A stretch of 64,000 nt of DNA from Burkholderiaceae bacterium (GCA_044222685.1 JBGAMU010000011.1:4582-68581), one strand, 5' to 3'. Counted from the first letter of the stretch, positions 29,501 through 38,528 are shown. The notes: generated by a model from the letters alone, not told the origin. Program-made: numbers and translations.

Positions 29501-32500
29501 GAGAAGTTCTCGCCCCCGCACCTGCCGGTGTCGATCCAGGACTGGACCGGACGCGAAATCTCGCGTGTGTACTCCGACCAGTTCGGTTCATACAACTTCC
29601 TGGTCCCCTCGAGCTTCACGATCAATCCGCCGTATCCGTCGGGCGTGATGCCGAGCATGATGGTCGCGTGCATGAATCACGCGGGCCCGATCAAGATCGG
29701 CGTCAACGCCGACGGCACCGACAAGATGGGCATCGATCCATTCTTCAACCGGGCCTACTCGCAGTTCTGCTACACGTTCCAGTACCTGCCGGGCAAGACG
29801 ACGTACCTCGACACGCCGGTACTGCCGGTGGCGGCTTTCGCAGCCGTGGACAAGAACCCGCTGGATTGCGAGTGCGCCGACGGCACACCGGGGATCTACA
29901 GCGCCACCAATTCGAGCACGGACAACGGCCCGTGGGTGCCGGCCGCCGGCAGCCGGCAGTTGACCATCGTCTCGATGGGCAAGATGGATGTGATCAACCC
30001 GGCGTTCGACCCGGCCGATGCGAGCACCACGAAGACCATTCAACGCGACTACGGCTTTGGTGACGCGGGCGGTAGCGTCACGCTGGGCGGCGTCGCGCTG
30101 ACGATCAATTCCTGGGCTGACGGCATCATCACGGCCACCGTGCCCTCCGGCGCGAGCACCGGCCAATTGATGGTCAGGCGCGGCGACAACGGCAAGGAGT
30201 CGGTGGTCGGCCTGACGGTTCACGTCGGCGGGCCGGCGCCCAAGAAGGTGAATCCGAACGCGGTCGCGGGCAGCGGTGTCTACAAGACGATCCAGGCCGC
30301 GATCGACTCGGTGACCGACGCCAACATGTTGCTGAACGGCGGCGCGTTGATCACCGTGGCGCCGGGAACGTACAACGAGTACGTCATCATGGACAAGCGC
30401 GTTCGCCTGCAGGGCTGGGGCGCCGGGTCCGTCACCATCAACGCCGCCAAGGCGAGCGCCGCTGGCCTGGCCGACTGGCGCGCGAAGATCAACGCAAAGG
30501 CAAGCGGCCCGAACGCCACGTTCACCCTGCTGCCTGGTCAGACGCTGGGCATCGACCCGGCCAACAACGAGCCGCTGCTGTTCGGTGCCGAGGAGGGTCC
30601 TGGCATCCTCGTGGTTGGCAGGCAGAGTCCCCTCGGTGGAGTGGGACCGTTCAGCGAATGCCTGTTCGGCAACACCGCGGCACTGCACATCGACGGCTTG
30701 ACGATCACCGGCGCCGACAGTGGCGGCGGCATCCTCGCCAGTGGCTATGCCTGTGGCTTGACGGTGTCAAACAGCCGCATCCTCAGCAACTACGGCACTT
30801 ACGGCGGCGGTGTGCGCATCGGCCACACCACGCTGACCGCGGTGGTCAACGGCGCCGACGCCTACACCGACGGCGTCAATCGCAGCCCGACGCTGCATCA
30901 CAACTGGATCTCGCAGAACGGCGCCACCGAAGCGGGCGGCAGCGGCGGCATCACGCTGGGTACCGGCTCGAACAACTACTCGGTTTCCGACAACTACGTC
31001 TGCGGCAACTTCTCGATGGCCGACGGCGGCGGCCTGAGCCACCTCGGTCGGTCCGAGGGCTCGATCACGAGCAACGCCTCGCCGGCGAACACCATTGTTC
31101 GCAACAAGTTCATCTTCAACCAGACCTTCAATCAGGCTGCAGACCCGATGGGTGGCGGGCTGTCGATCGCCGGCCATGTCGTGCTCGCCGGCGGCGCGCC
31201 GGCAGGGACCGGTGACGTGGTGGTCAACGCCAACCTGATCCAGGGCAACCAGGCCGGCGCCGGCGCCGGTGGTGGCGTGAGCGTCGCCCGCACGTTGGCG
31301 GCCGACGACATCGACCTGACCAACAACATGATCGTCAACAACGTGGCGGCCTACACCGGCGGCGGCGTGGCGTTGACGGGCACTTCGACAGGTGTTCGGC
31401 TCGTCAACAACACCGTGGCCAGCAACGTCAGTACGGCAACCAACCGGCAGGCAGCCCATCCGCTGGGCTGGACGAATCCTTCGCTGCCGCAAGTCGCCGG
31501 ACTCGCGGTGCTGAGCGGGAGCAGCCCGACGCTGCTCAACAACATCCTGTGGGCCAACCGTTCATACGTCTACCTGATCAACGGAACCACGAGCGGGCTC
31601 TTCAACCCGGGGACGACGGACGTCAACGCGGAAGCGCCGGATGCGGTCTACGCGGATCTGGGTCGCATCGGTGCCGGCGACGCCCTGACGCCGCGGTACA
31701 GCGTATTGACTCTCGGCGGCGTGGGCAATGCGACCTATGACACCGGGCTGACCGGATGCTCGAACACGGCGCCGGCGGCTCTGCCCTTCTTCTGCAATCG
31801 GCTCGTCGCGGCAAACAGCTTGTCACTGTTCGAGTCGCCGAACGACTTCCTGTCGATCATCGATCCGACCCAGCCGGTGGTGCTGCCTGAAACGACCGTG
31901 CTGCTGCAATCGGCGCTGACATTCGACGAGACCGGCAACTTCATCAACGTGATCTTCAGTCCGCTCACGCTGTGGAACCCGGACGGATCGCTGCGCGCCG
32001 ACTACCACCTCTCCGGCACCTCGGTGGCCAGGGACAACGGCCGCGCGCAGAGCGCCGCAGCCGGCGTCAACGCGACGATCGGAGCCGGGTTCGTGCCTGC
32101 CGCGGACTTCGACGCCAACGCGCGCAGCGCGGCGGTAGACATCGGGGCCGACGAGTTCGTCGGCGCGGCGGCGGACCTGTCCATCACCCAGACCGACGAC
32201 GTGGCCAGCGTCAACGCGGGCGGAACGCTCACCTACACCATCACGGTTCGCAACTTCGGGCCTAACGCAGTGACCGGGGCCACGGTGACCGATATTTTCC
32301 CCGCGGCGCTCACGGTCAACAGCTGGACCTGCACGCCAGCCACGGGCTCGAGCTGCACGGTGGTCGGCAGCGGCAACAACAGGACGGGCACGGTGACGTT
32401 GACGAACGGCGGCAGCGCGACGTTCACGGCCAACGTGACCGTGGCGGCGACCGCAAGCGGACTGCTGACCAATACCGCCAGCGTCGCGGTGCCGGGCAGC

Positions 32501-33163
32501 CTGACCGATCCGCAGCCTAGCAACAACGTCGCCACGGATACCGACATGATCGTGATTCCGCGGCCGACGCTTGCTGTTACCGACAACTTCAATCGTGGCA
32601 ACGCAAACACGCTCGGGCCGAACTGGCAGCAGCTTGTTGCGCTCGGAAATGGCGGTATCCGGGTCAATGGCAATCAGGCGTTCTGCGTGAACTCAGGACT
32701 AGCGGCGGCTCTTTGCCTCGCTGGCGCAAATGGCTACTGGAACGGTCCGGGAGCGACATTCGGATCGAAGCAAGCCGCGTCATTCACCTTCGCCAACGCG
32801 ACGCTGAACAACGCGAGCCTGTACCTGAAGGCGACGGGGACATTGAACGCCGCTGGCGCCTACCCGAACGCGCTGCGCGTGCGCTACTCGACCGGCGGCG
32901 GCGGGCAAGTGATCGTCGAAGCAACGACGAACGGTGGCCTCTCCTTCACGACTGCGGGCAGCATGGCAGCTAGCTTCGTCAGTGGTGACACGCTGACTGC
33001 GCTGACCGACAGCTCCGGATTCACCTACGTCTGGAAGACCTCCGGCGCTACGACGACGCTGCTCGGTGGCGCGCCCACAGGGGCCACGGGAGCCGGGCGG
33101 ACCGGCATCTTCTTACCCCCCGGAGGCCGAGTCGACAACTTTTCGGGCGGCACCGTGCCGTGA
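26597..33163 (+). CDS. 2188-aa secreted multidomain protein (SdrD-B/Cna-B-like folds, IPT/TIG-like, right-handed parallel beta-helix repeats, DUF11-like repeat, C-terminal ~190-aa module)
   Basis: Signal peptide MKTQSSAKPFQMIRLSAALVMALALWLLLSVAAQA. Beta-helix repeats (ITGADSGGGI..., NNMIVNNVAAYTGGGVAL, NNTVASN). DUF11-like ADLSITQTDDV...TYTITVRNFGPNAVTGATVTD. Many paired Cys residues. Confidence 0.85.
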   Translation: MKTQSSAKPFQMIRLSAALVMALALWLLLSVAAQAAPLRLKVIGVAANGTQTDITATADYRWTVEQDATKASVPGRAADITNYSFSFHTSYMPVVAAGRAGTASKTAPHQDPDVLRLYSQALPDLDASKRYYVSVAAVGYQMGGAPVVFNGGTPEATVYLNQYELPTAQISVFAFNDNSPINGAPDLPQEQGLAGFTVKLIEAGGTFGQSGGEVTQDAFGNPLGTTYNADGTVRVRGSGIILTDANGVAVIKNLFPAKYTIFINPPVGSDWHQTSTIEGTKGSDAWVKNNEPQFFQEFGPPGHHVFLGFTRSGFIARNANNTPVLNGANAITGRIVNTHYSRPPIYTFHNGAPVNDCWVGLNETKANGGRALYAAACNKDSTFRIPNVPAGTYELVVWDEPLDMIIAATTITVPAGGLTMGDVPVASWFGRYQGRVFQDIDGTGLPYFVADFDRPYVYVNPITGVEEERQQSFKAGDLKPPFGSGIANNLRFRDGSIYQSTTTKDDGTFAFTEVFPFFNWLVAEIDYARFKATSANVVVDGGGPIDPAANRAKLWNAAPGSFGSNDPALKYDPWTRLNPQLQAPGECPEGRAAPCYFRTESVAGGPGAILLEGMQTFLGQTNHVEWGKVPYKIDENGGIAGIVYYGITRAEDDPRYAAAENWEPGIPRVQVNVFLDCDADGVPDKPKNDGTGECEAGGLSTQGYQYVKPDVDNYPFCWRDPASCGLTAPSKGPEDVVRGGNGTAFSYGDVLRWGAPGTYATRADAEAAQLHVGLGKTDSWDDSVPFGCPDPTPYTIPNSTTQLDCFDGLRNFNQVRPSVFDGGFAFGRVAGQAELPMIIGANGDGKYILEAVAPPGYLHQGNGDKNVVFGDSLKASPAALPHECVGMELDVPQFLTLFPGEPNPNFGNPQYPNNKWRKCDMKSVPLTPGLNAAPNFFMFTEAPVAGHGVGFILDDTAAEFNRFAPTFGEKFSPPHLPVSIQDWTGREISRVYSDQFGSYNFLVPSSFTINPPYPSGVMPSMMVACMNHAGPIKIGVNADGTDKMGIDPFFNRAYSQFCYTFQYLPGKTTYLDTPVLPVAAFAAVDKNPLDCECADGTPGIYSATNSSTDNGPWVPAAGSRQLTIVSMGKMDVINPAFDPADASTTKTIQRDYGFGDAGGSVTLGGVALTINSWADGIITATVPSGASTGQLMVRRGDNGKESVVGLTVHVGGPAPKKVNPNAVAGSGVYKTIQAAIDSVTDANMLLNGGALITVAPGTYNEYVIMDKRVRLQGWGAGSVTINAAKASAAGLADWRAKINAKASGPNATFTLLPGQTLGIDPANNEPLLFGAEEGPGILVVGRQSPLGGVGPFSECLFGNTAALHIDGLTITGADSGGGILASGYACGLTVSNSRILSNYGTYGGGVRIGHTTLTAVVNGADAYTDGVNRSPTLHHNWISQNGATEAGGSGGITLGTGSNNYSVSDNYVCGNFSMADGGGLSHLGRSEGSITSNASPANTIVRNKFIFNQTFNQAADPMGGGLSIAGHVVLAGGAPAGTGDVVVNANLIQGNQAGAGAGGGVSVARTLAADDIDLTNNMIVNNVAAYTGGGVALTGTSTGVRLVNNTVASNVSTATNRQAAHPLGWTNPSLPQVAGLAVLSGSSPTLLNNILWANRSYVYLINGTTSGLFNPGTTDVNAEAPDAVYADLGRIGAGDALTPRYSVLTLGGVGNATYDTGLTGCSNTAPAALPFFCNRLVAANSLSLFESPNDFLSIIDPTQPVVLPETTVLLQSALTFDETGNFINVIFSPLTLWNPDGSLRADYHLSGTSVARDNGRAQSAAAGVNATIGAGFVPAADFDANARSAAVDIGADEFVGAAADLSITQTDDVASVNAGGTLTYTITVRNFGPNAVTGATVTDIFPAALTVNSWTCTPATGSSCTVVGSGNNRTGTVTLTNGGSATFTANVTVAATASGLLTNTASVAVPGSLTDPQPSNNVATDTDMIVIPRPTLAVTDNFNRGNANTLGPNWQQLVALGNGGIRVNGNQAFCVNSGLAAALCLAGANGYWNGPGATFGSKQAASFTFANATLNNASLYLKATGTLNAAGAYPNALRVRYSTGGGGQVIVEATTNGGLSFTTAGSMAASFVSGDTLTALTDSSGFTYVWKTSGATTTLLGGAPTGATGAGRTGIFLPPGGRVDNFSGGTVP

Positions 33164-33260
33164 TCGAGATCGCCGACGAGAACTCGATTGACAAGGTAAC
33201 GAACTCCGCCGGGTGTCTGCCCGGTGGAAGACAGCAGAAGACACCAGGAGTCGCACCATC

Positions 33261-34520
33261 ATGATTGCCAAGACTTTTCGCAAGGCCCTGCTGCCGATGG
33301 CCGTGGTGGCAGCGCTTGGGGCCGCTTCGTCGGCAGGCGCGGCAGTGTTCGTGCAGTGCGGGCCCGGAAACAGTGGCGTCGACCCGGCGACGGGAAAGAT
33401 TCGCCCGGCGTTCGACGCTGATGCGGGCCCGGCCGGCGTGGCGTGCAAGCACCTCAGCGCAGGCGACGGTTTCATCAGCATGGCCGACGGCCGGAGCCTC
33501 TACACCTTCGGCTTCGCCGACGTGACCAGCAAGACCTCGGCCGAGATCGCGCTCGACGCTCTGACGGCGAACTTTGCCGCGCCCACCATCAAGCTCAAGC
33601 AGAACCAGGACTTCTACCTGACGCTGACCAACGTGGCGATGACGATGCGGCCCGATCTGTTCGACCCGCACACCGTGCACTTCCACGGCTTCCCGCAGGC
33701 GGCACCGGTGTTCGATGGCATGCCTGAGGGCTCCTTCGGCGTGAACATGGGTTCGTCGGTCACCTACTACTACAAGCTCAACGACCCGGGCACCTACATG
33801 TACCACTGCCACCAGGAGGCCACCGAGCACATGCAGATGGGCATGCTCGGCAACCTGTATGTCGAGCCCGCGCAGGACGGCACGTCGTTCACCTACCCAC
33901 CCGTCGGTGGACGGCCCTACACGAAGTTCGTCTACAACGACGGCGACGGCTCCACCGGCTACGACATCGCCGTGCCGCTGCAGCTCTCGTCGATGGACCA
34001 CAACTTCCATGACGCCAGCCTGAGCATCAATCCGCTGCCCTTCAAGAACATGAAGGACACCTACGCGATGATCAACGGGCGCGGATACCCGGACACCGTG
34101 AGGCCCACTCCGCTCGATCCGCCCGCCGAGAAGGTCGACTACCTCACCGGCGTCGTCGATCCGGTGCCGTCTTCGCAGCCGCTCAGCGCCCTGATCACCG
34201 CCAGCAAGGGCCAGCGCGTGCTGCTGCGCCTGTCGAATCTGAGCGTCACCAACTACTACACCGTCACGGCGCAGGGCCTGCCGATGAAGGTGGTGGGCGC
34301 TGGTGCACGCCAGTTGCGCGGGCCCGACGGCAAGAACCTGTACTACGACACCACCTCGGTGACGCTCGGCGGCGGTGAGTCGGCGGAGGTGCTGATCGAC
34401 ACCAGTCAGGTGGAGCCGGGAACCTACTTCCTCTACACCACCAACCTGAACTACCTCAGCAACAACGATCAAGACAGCGGCGGAATGATGACGGAGATCG
34501 TCATCGCGGCGGCGCCGTGA
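33261..34520 (+). CDS. multicopper-oxidase family protein 1 (type-1 Cu site plus half of a trinuclear-cluster ligand set in its N-terminal domain)
   Basis: AGGAG RBS upstream and a Sec-type signal. HTVHFHG (HxxHxH) and YHCHQEATEHMQMGM (HCH..H....M). The second cupredoxin-like half has no ligands. Confidence 0.85.
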   Translation: MIAKTFRKALLPMAVVAALGAASSAGAAVFVQCGPGNSGVDPATGKIRPAFDADAGPAGVACKHLSAGDGFISMADGRSLYTFGFADVTSKTSAEIALDALTANFAAPTIKLKQNQDFYLTLTNVAMTMRPDLFDPHTVHFHGFPQAAPVFDGMPEGSFGVNMGSSVTYYYKLNDPGTYMYHCHQEATEHMQMGMLGNLYVEPAQDGTSFTYPPVGGRPYTKFVYNDGDGSTGYDIAVPLQLSSMDHNFHDASLSINPLPFKNMKDTYAMINGRGYPDTVRPTPLDPPAEKVDYLTGVVDPVPSSQPLSALITASKGQRVLLRLSNLSVTNYYTVTAQGLPMKVVGAGARQLRGPDGKNLYYDTTSVTLGGGESAEVLIDTSQVEPGTYFLYTTNLNYLSNNDQDSGGMMTEIVIAAAP

Positions 34521-34561
34521 TCGCAAACGAGACCCACCCGGCAGTTGTCAGGAGAGGCGCA

Positions 34562-35986
34562 ATGAAGAGCATGTCGAAATTCAGGTCGTTGCCAGGGGTC
34601 CTCCGGACCGGTCTTGCGGCCCTGCTGCTGGGCATGGTCGGCCAGGCGCAGGCCTACATCAACGGCTGGGAGGGATCGTGCGATGCCGATGCGACCGGGA
34701 AGGCATGCCCGCCCGCGACCGTTCGCACGTTCACGCTGACGGCCAAGCACGACTTCATCAGCACGTCCGACGGTGGCAGCCACTACGCATGGGGCTACTC
34801 CTTCGGTACCGATCTGCCGATGCAGTACCCCGGGCCGACGCTGATCGCCAGGCAGGGCGACACGGTCAAGATCGTGCTCAACAACACTCTGCCCGCGCCG
34901 GTGTCGATCATCTTCCCTGGCGTGCAGGGTGTCACCGCGACCGGTGGCAACCCCGGGCTGCTGACACGCGAGGCGCGCGCGGTGCCGATGTCCGAGAACG
35001 CGATCGTGGCCGGTCCGACCTACACCTTCGTTGCCGACAAGCCAGGAACCTACCTGTACCACAGCGGCACGAATCCCGACCTGCAGATCGAGATGGGTCT
35101 GGTCGGGGCGCTCATCGTGCGGCCGAACGGTTACGACATGGGCACACCGGCATCCCACGCCGGCCGCAAGGCCTATGAGCAACCCGGCACCCACTACGAC
35201 CGCGAGAACCTGTTCCTGCTGAGCGAAATCGACCCGGCCATCCACTGGCAGGTGTACACGCAGGTGTTCGGTAATCAGCCGATCGCGGTCGACACGACGG
35301 CGATCAGGCCCAGCATCTGGTTCATCAACGGCCGCAACGCGCCCGACACGCTGCTGGACGACCACGTCGACTGGCTGCCGACGCAACCGTACAACGCGCT
35401 GCCGCGCATGCATCCCGGCGAACGACTGCTGATGCGCGTGGTGAGCGCGGGGCGTGACCTGCATCCCTTCCACCACCATGGCAATCACGCCACGCCGATC
35501 GCGCGCGACGCTCGTGTGCTCGAGAGCGCTCCAGGCGCCGGTCCGGACCTGACTTCGCCGGACTTCACCGTCCGCGCGATTCCGGGACAGACCATGGACC
35601 TCATCTTCGAGTGGACAGGCAAGGGGATCGGCTGGGATGTCTACGGCACCGCGGCCGTCAATCCGCATAGCTGCACTCCCGATGGCAGCGGGTTCGATCC
35701 CGTCAGCAGGGAATGGTGTGCCGACCACTACAAACCCATCCCGGTGATCATCCCCGGTGCGCTCGATCTCTCCTTCGGCGAGAGCTGGAGTGGCAGTCCG
35801 TTTCTGGGCCTGGTCGGTTCGTTGCCGCAAGGACATCCGGGGCTCAACACCACTGGCGGCTACTTCCACATGTGGCACTCCCACAATGAAAAAGAGATCA
35901 CCACCGACGACATCTTCCCGGGCGGGATGATGACCATGCTCATCGTCGAGCCCTGGTCAGTGCTTCTGTTCGAAGACAAGCCGTAA
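34562..35986 (+). CDS. multicopper-oxidase family protein 2 (no type-1 Cys; HxxHxH + HSH in C-terminal domain)
   Basis: Signal peptide MKSMSKFRSLPGVLRTGLAALLLGMVGQAQA. HPFHHHGNH and HMWHSHNEKE. The N-terminal domain is ligand-less (SIIFPG, YLYHSGT). Confidence 0.85.
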   Translation: MKSMSKFRSLPGVLRTGLAALLLGMVGQAQAYINGWEGSCDADATGKACPPATVRTFTLTAKHDFISTSDGGSHYAWGYSFGTDLPMQYPGPTLIARQGDTVKIVLNNTLPAPVSIIFPGVQGVTATGGNPGLLTREARAVPMSENAIVAGPTYTFVADKPGTYLYHSGTNPDLQIEMGLVGALIVRPNGYDMGTPASHAGRKAYEQPGTHYDRENLFLLSEIDPAIHWQVYTQVFGNQPIAVDTTAIRPSIWFINGRNAPDTLLDDHVDWLPTQPYNALPRMHPGERLLMRVVSAGRDLHPFHHHGNHATPIARDARVLESAPGAGPDLTSPDFTVRAIPGQTMDLIFEWTGKGIGWDVYGTAAVNPHSCTPDGSGFDPVSREWCADHYKPIPVIIPGALDLSFGESWSGSPFLGLVGSLPQGHPGLNTTGGYFHMWHSHNEKEITTDDIFPGGMMTMLIVEPWSVLLFEDKP

Positions 35987-36009
35987 CCGCAAATTGGGGG
36001 AGTGCAATC

Positions 36010-38001
36010 ATGCGCACCAGAAAACTCACACTCAAGTTCGGCGTCGCGGCACTGAGTTGTACCTCGTTGTCGCTGGTCGCAGGCCAGGCACTCGCGGCTG
36101 AGTACTGGCTGAAGGTCGCAGCGACGACGGTGCAGATGCCCGATCCCGCCGGCACTCCCGCGACGATCGGTGTACCGATGTGGGGCTACGCCAGCTGCAC
36201 GGCCAGCTTCGCCACCTGCAGCAGTCCCACGGTGCCAGGTCCGGCGCTGACAGTGCCGCCTGGCGACACGACTCTGACAGTGCATCTGCTGAACGGTCTG
36301 TCGGTGCCGACGTCTCTCGTGATCAACGGCCTGGTCAAGCCGATGACACCGGTGTGGGACACGGGTGCGTCCGGCAGTCGCCCCAACGCGACCGCGCGCG
36401 TGCGCTCGTTCGACACCGAAGCTCAAGCAAACAACGGCACGCAGGCCGACTACGTCTGGGGCAGCGCGGCCAACCCGCTCAAGCCCGGCACCTATCTGTA
36501 CCAGAGCGGCACGCAGCCCCAGGTGCAGGTGCAGATGGGCTTGTACGGCGCGGTGACCAAGAACGTGACGGACGCAGTCGCCGCCACGGCGACCGACCCA
36601 GCGATACCGGGCCAGGCCTACACGGGCGCCGGCTATGCCTTCGACAATGAAACCACGCTCCTGTACAGCGAGATCGACACCGACCTGCATACCGCTGTCG
36701 CAACTGGGACCTATGGAACGACCGGTCCGACCAGCACGATCAACTACGCACCGAAGTACTTCCTGATCAACGGCAAACCCTACCAGTTCGGAGCGTCGGT
36801 TATCGAACCCAGCGGCAGCCCCGGCACCACGTTGCTGCGCCTGCTCAACGCCGGGCTAACCACGCACGTGCCGATGATCCAGGGCAAGCACTGGGACGTG
36901 ATCGCCGAGGACGGCAGACCCTACGCCTATCGCCGGACCCAGTACACCGCGCTGCTGCCCGCGGCGAAGACGGTCGACGTACTGCTGACGCCCGAGATCG
37001 GCGCAACCTACCCGATCCTGGATCGGCGTCTCAGCCTGTCGAACAGCGGGGCGTCGGACGGCGGCATGTTGGCGTTCCTGCGCTTCGCGGCGCTCGGCTC
37101 GATGGGGCTCGGCGGCGGGGCAGGCGGCAATGCAGCGCCCGTGGCTGAAGCCGACCCCTACGAGTCCGTTGTGGGTGTCACGCTCAACGTCGCGGCGCCC
37201 GGCGTGTTGAGCAACGACACCGATGCCGATAGCCCGATCATCAAGGCCGTCGCCGCCAGCGGTGCGACCGCGGGCGGCGGAACGTACGCGTTGAACGCCA
37301 ATGGCTCGTTCACCTATTCGCCGCCAGCTGGGAACCTGTCGACCGATAGCTTCACCTATCAGGCCACCGACGGCAGGGCGTTGAGCGTCGCGGCGACCGT
37401 GACCATCACCCTGACCACGCCGCCGGCGCCGAGCCTGCCCACGCTCGACGCTTTCGCGACACCTGGCAATAGTCTCGGTGGCAACTGGAGCCAGCAGGTG
37501 GAGACCACGGCCTCGGTGCCGGACGTCGGAGTCAGCGCGGCAGGCGTCGCGGCCGCCAACACGATCGCCCTGGGTGGTTTGGCGGTCTGGAACGCGGCGC
37601 CATTCGGAGCGACTCAGGGCGCCAGTTTCACTGGCGGAGGGCCGCCTGCGTCCACGGCCTACCTTGTTCTCAAGGCCAGCGGAGGTAACTCCATCGCAGC
37701 GCCGGCCAACTACGTTCGCGTGGGTTGCGAAAGCGGCCAGATCGTCGTTTCGACAATGATGGGCGGCAGCAACGTCTCCGTGTTCACAAAGCAGGCGGCG
37801 TTTGGCAGCTGCAGCGGTAGCGGGTCAATGAGCGCCGTGGTCGACGCCAAAGGCTTGGTGACCGTGTTCCAGGGCGCGACCTTCGCCGGCGGCGTACAGC
37901 TGCCCGACGTCCCCGTGTGGAAGGGCGGCGGCCGCATCGGCATCCAGCTGACGACGGTGGGAGCCACGGCCGATGACTTCGCCGGTGGTACGTTGCCTTG
38001 A
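36010..38001 (+). CDS. copper-ligand-less multicopper-oxidase paralogue fused to cadherin/Big-like segment and the shared C-terminal module
   Basis: YLYQSGTQPQVQVQMGLYG aligns with the MCO1/2 motifs but lacks His and Cys. APGVLSNDTDADSPI...FTYSPPAG...FTYQATDG is cadherin-like. The C-terminus ends DDFAGGTLP. Confidence 0.75.
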   Translation: MRTRKLTLKFGVAALSCTSLSLVAGQALAAEYWLKVAATTVQMPDPAGTPATIGVPMWGYASCTASFATCSSPTVPGPALTVPPGDTTLTVHLLNGLSVPTSLVINGLVKPMTPVWDTGASGSRPNATARVRSFDTEAQANNGTQADYVWGSAANPLKPGTYLYQSGTQPQVQVQMGLYGAVTKNVTDAVAATATDPAIPGQAYTGAGYAFDNETTLLYSEIDTDLHTAVATGTYGTTGPTSTINYAPKYFLINGKPYQFGASVIEPSGSPGTTLLRLLNAGLTTHVPMIQGKHWDVIAEDGRPYAYRRTQYTALLPAAKTVDVLLTPEIGATYPILDRRLSLSNSGASDGGMLAFLRFAALGSMGLGGGAGGNAAPVAEADPYESVVGVTLNVAAPGVLSNDTDADSPIIKAVAASGATAGGGTYALNANGSFTYSPPAGNLSTDSFTYQATDGRALSVAATVTITLTTPPAPSLPTLDAFATPGNSLGGNWSQQVETTASVPDVGVSAAGVAAANTIALGGLAVWNAAPFGATQGASFTGGGPPASTAYLVLKASGGNSIAAPANYVRVGCESGQIVVSTMMGGSNVSVFTKQAAFGSCSGSGSMSAVVDAKGLVTVFQGATFAGGVQLPDVPVWKGGGRIGIQLTTVGATADDFAGGTLP

Positions 38002-38060
38002 TCGAAAGCCGCATCCAGGTGAGTCCCGCTCGTGTTCGTCTGACGCGTAGGTCTCGGGCC

Positions 38061-38528
38061 ATGACATCGCGGTTTGGTGTGGCACTCGTCGCGCTGTCGT
38101 CGGCGATCTTCGTGACGCAGCTAGTCGGTTGCGCCACGGCTCCCGACTCCGCAGCGCTGCTGGCAGCGATTCAGGCCGAAAGGTCAGTGGTCGAGACGAA
38201 TTACGGTATCAGGGTCGAAGGGCTACGCCTCACCGCGGCCGGGTCGATGCTCGACTTTCGCTATCGGGTCCTCGATGCGCAGAAGGCTGCTCCATTCCTT
38301 AACGGCAAGATCCAGGCGTATCTGCTCGACGACGTGCGCAATGCGAAGCTCGGCGTGCCCAACACGCCCAAGCTCGGGCGCATCCGCCAGACCGCACGGA
38401 ACAACGTGATCCACGTCGACCGCAGCTACTTCATCATGTTCGGCAATCCGGGCAAGGCTCTGCAAAGCGGCGACAAGGTGGCCTTGCTGCTGGGCGAGGT
38501 CAAGATCACCGATCTGACGGTGGAGTAG
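38061..38528 (+). CDS. small lipoprotein of unknown function
   Basis: MTSRFGVALVALSSAIFVTQLVGC lipobox; 155 aa; no motif I recognise. Confidence 0.6.
   Translation: MTSRFGVALVALSSAIFVTQLVGCATAPDSAALLAAIQAERSVVETNYGIRVEGLRLTAAGSMLDFRYRVLDAQKAAPFLNGKIQAYLLDDVRNAKLGVPNTPKLGRIRQTARNNVIHVDRSYFIMFGNPGKALQSGDKVALLLGEVKITDLTVE

Noticed and set aside
26642-35884. Minus-strand ORFs of 959, 366, 492 and 471 aa over the giant and MCO genes.
   Set aside because: They are antisense artefacts. The plus-strand products have signal peptides, RBS-like sequences and copper or beta-helix motifs.
33261-38001. Interpretation of the three MCO genes as a Cop/Pco copper-resistance determinant.
   Set aside because: There are no copB/C/D-like partners, no Met-rich loops and no twin-arginine signals. 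The ligands are split between proteins, and the context is a giant secreted protein, a protease and a T2SS. I cannot fully exclude it without homology searches.
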